In this document: positions 63,474-64,000 of the stretch, in pieces | Layout of the letters: every line of letters begins with the position of its first letter | Numbering within the stretch: position 1 is the first letter of the stretch | NCBI GenBank assembly: GCA_963730185.1 | Contig: CAVSQW010000007.1 | Location: 224,001-288,000 of the forward strand | Direction of reading: 5' to 3' | Source: an uncultured Gemmatimonadales bacterium | Lineage (GTDB): Bacteria; Gemmatimonadota; Gemmatimonadetes; Gemmatimonadales; GWC2-71-9 | Length of the DNA stretch: 64,000 nt | Program-made: the position numbers and the translations under genes | Notes under the pieces: model-generated | Database searches by the model: none | Seen by the model: the letters and a program-made list of their open reading frames with translations, nothing else | What the model was told of the DNA's origin: nothing

Positions 63474-64000
63474 GAACCTCCCCGTCCTGGTCGTCGACGA
63501 CGACGCGGCGCTCACCCAGACGCTGGCGGACATTCTCCCCCTCCACGGGTTCGAGCCGCACACCGCGCCCAGCGGGAGGACGGCGTTGAACATCGCCCAG
63601 CGGATGGTGCCGATCCCGGCCCTGGCCCTGGTCGACCTCCGTTTGCCGGACATGGACGGTCTCGATCTCGCCTCCGAGCTGCACGCGCAGTCGAGCTCCC
63701 TCCAGGTGGTCATCCTCACCGGTAACGCTACCCTCGAGACCGCGATCCGGGCGCTCCGCGATCAGAACACGGACTACCTGCTCAAGCCGGTGGATCCCGA
63801 TCTGCTGATCCGCACCCTCCGGACGGCGGAGGGGCGGTGGCGCCTTCGCCAGGCCGAAGACGAGCTCCGGCGGACCCAGGACCTGCTGAGCGCCGTGTTC
63901 GAGGCCTCGCCGCTGCCGATCGTGGTGCTGACTCCCGATCTCATGGTTCGGTTCTGGAACCGTTCGGCCGAGCGCACCTTCGGGCTGCCCTCGCACGAGG
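63454..64000 (+). CDS. REC-PAS signalling protein, truncated by window end
   Basis: ATG 63454: VLVVDDD, VDLRLPDMDG, DYLLKP, then FEASPLPIVVL..WNRSAERTFG. Confidence 0.88.
   Translation, partial: MAITVAENLPVLVVDDDAALTQTLADILPLHGFEPHTAPSGRTALNIAQRMVPIPALALVDLRLPDMDGLDLASELHAQSSSLQVVILTGNATLETAIRALRDQNTDYLLKPVDPDLLIRTLRTAEGRWRLRQAEDELRRTQDLLSAVFEASPLPIVVLTPDLMVRFWNRSAERTFGLPSHE

Overview
GC-rich (about 70% by eye) bacterial chromosomal segment. Gene content and style (PadR/ADOP permeases, DUF5916, eukaryote-like Ser/Thr kinase, outer-membrane receptors) suggest Gemmatimonadota; this is inference, not a database result. About 60 CDS: transporter/acylase cluster, two orphan duplicated ABC permeases, deoC plus two-domain ALDH, a complete ArsR-phoB-phoR-porin-pstSCABB-phoU-ppx phosphate locus, a divergent purine-salvage operon, thiD/trmH/pilD, LytS/LytTR, a four-gene ECF sigma cassette with two CBM48 (glycogen-binding-like) proteins, ffh-rpsP-rimM-trmD-rplS-rnhB, and a two-component cascade running off the right end. 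No rRNA, tRNA, CRISPR, phage or transposase was recognised. Most notable: (1) an ECF sigma / membrane CBM48 anti-sigma / exported helical protein / beta-rich CBM48 protein cassette, a candidate alpha-glucan-sensing system; (2) two families of purine-arm/pyrimidine-arm short tandem repeats, one of which sits inside coding sequences; (3) readable operators (PadR, ArsR, Pho-box-like arrays) and a recurrent TANNNT-N6-9-start leaderless architecture. Six single-base frameshifts, one in essential rpsP, are probably sequencing errors.
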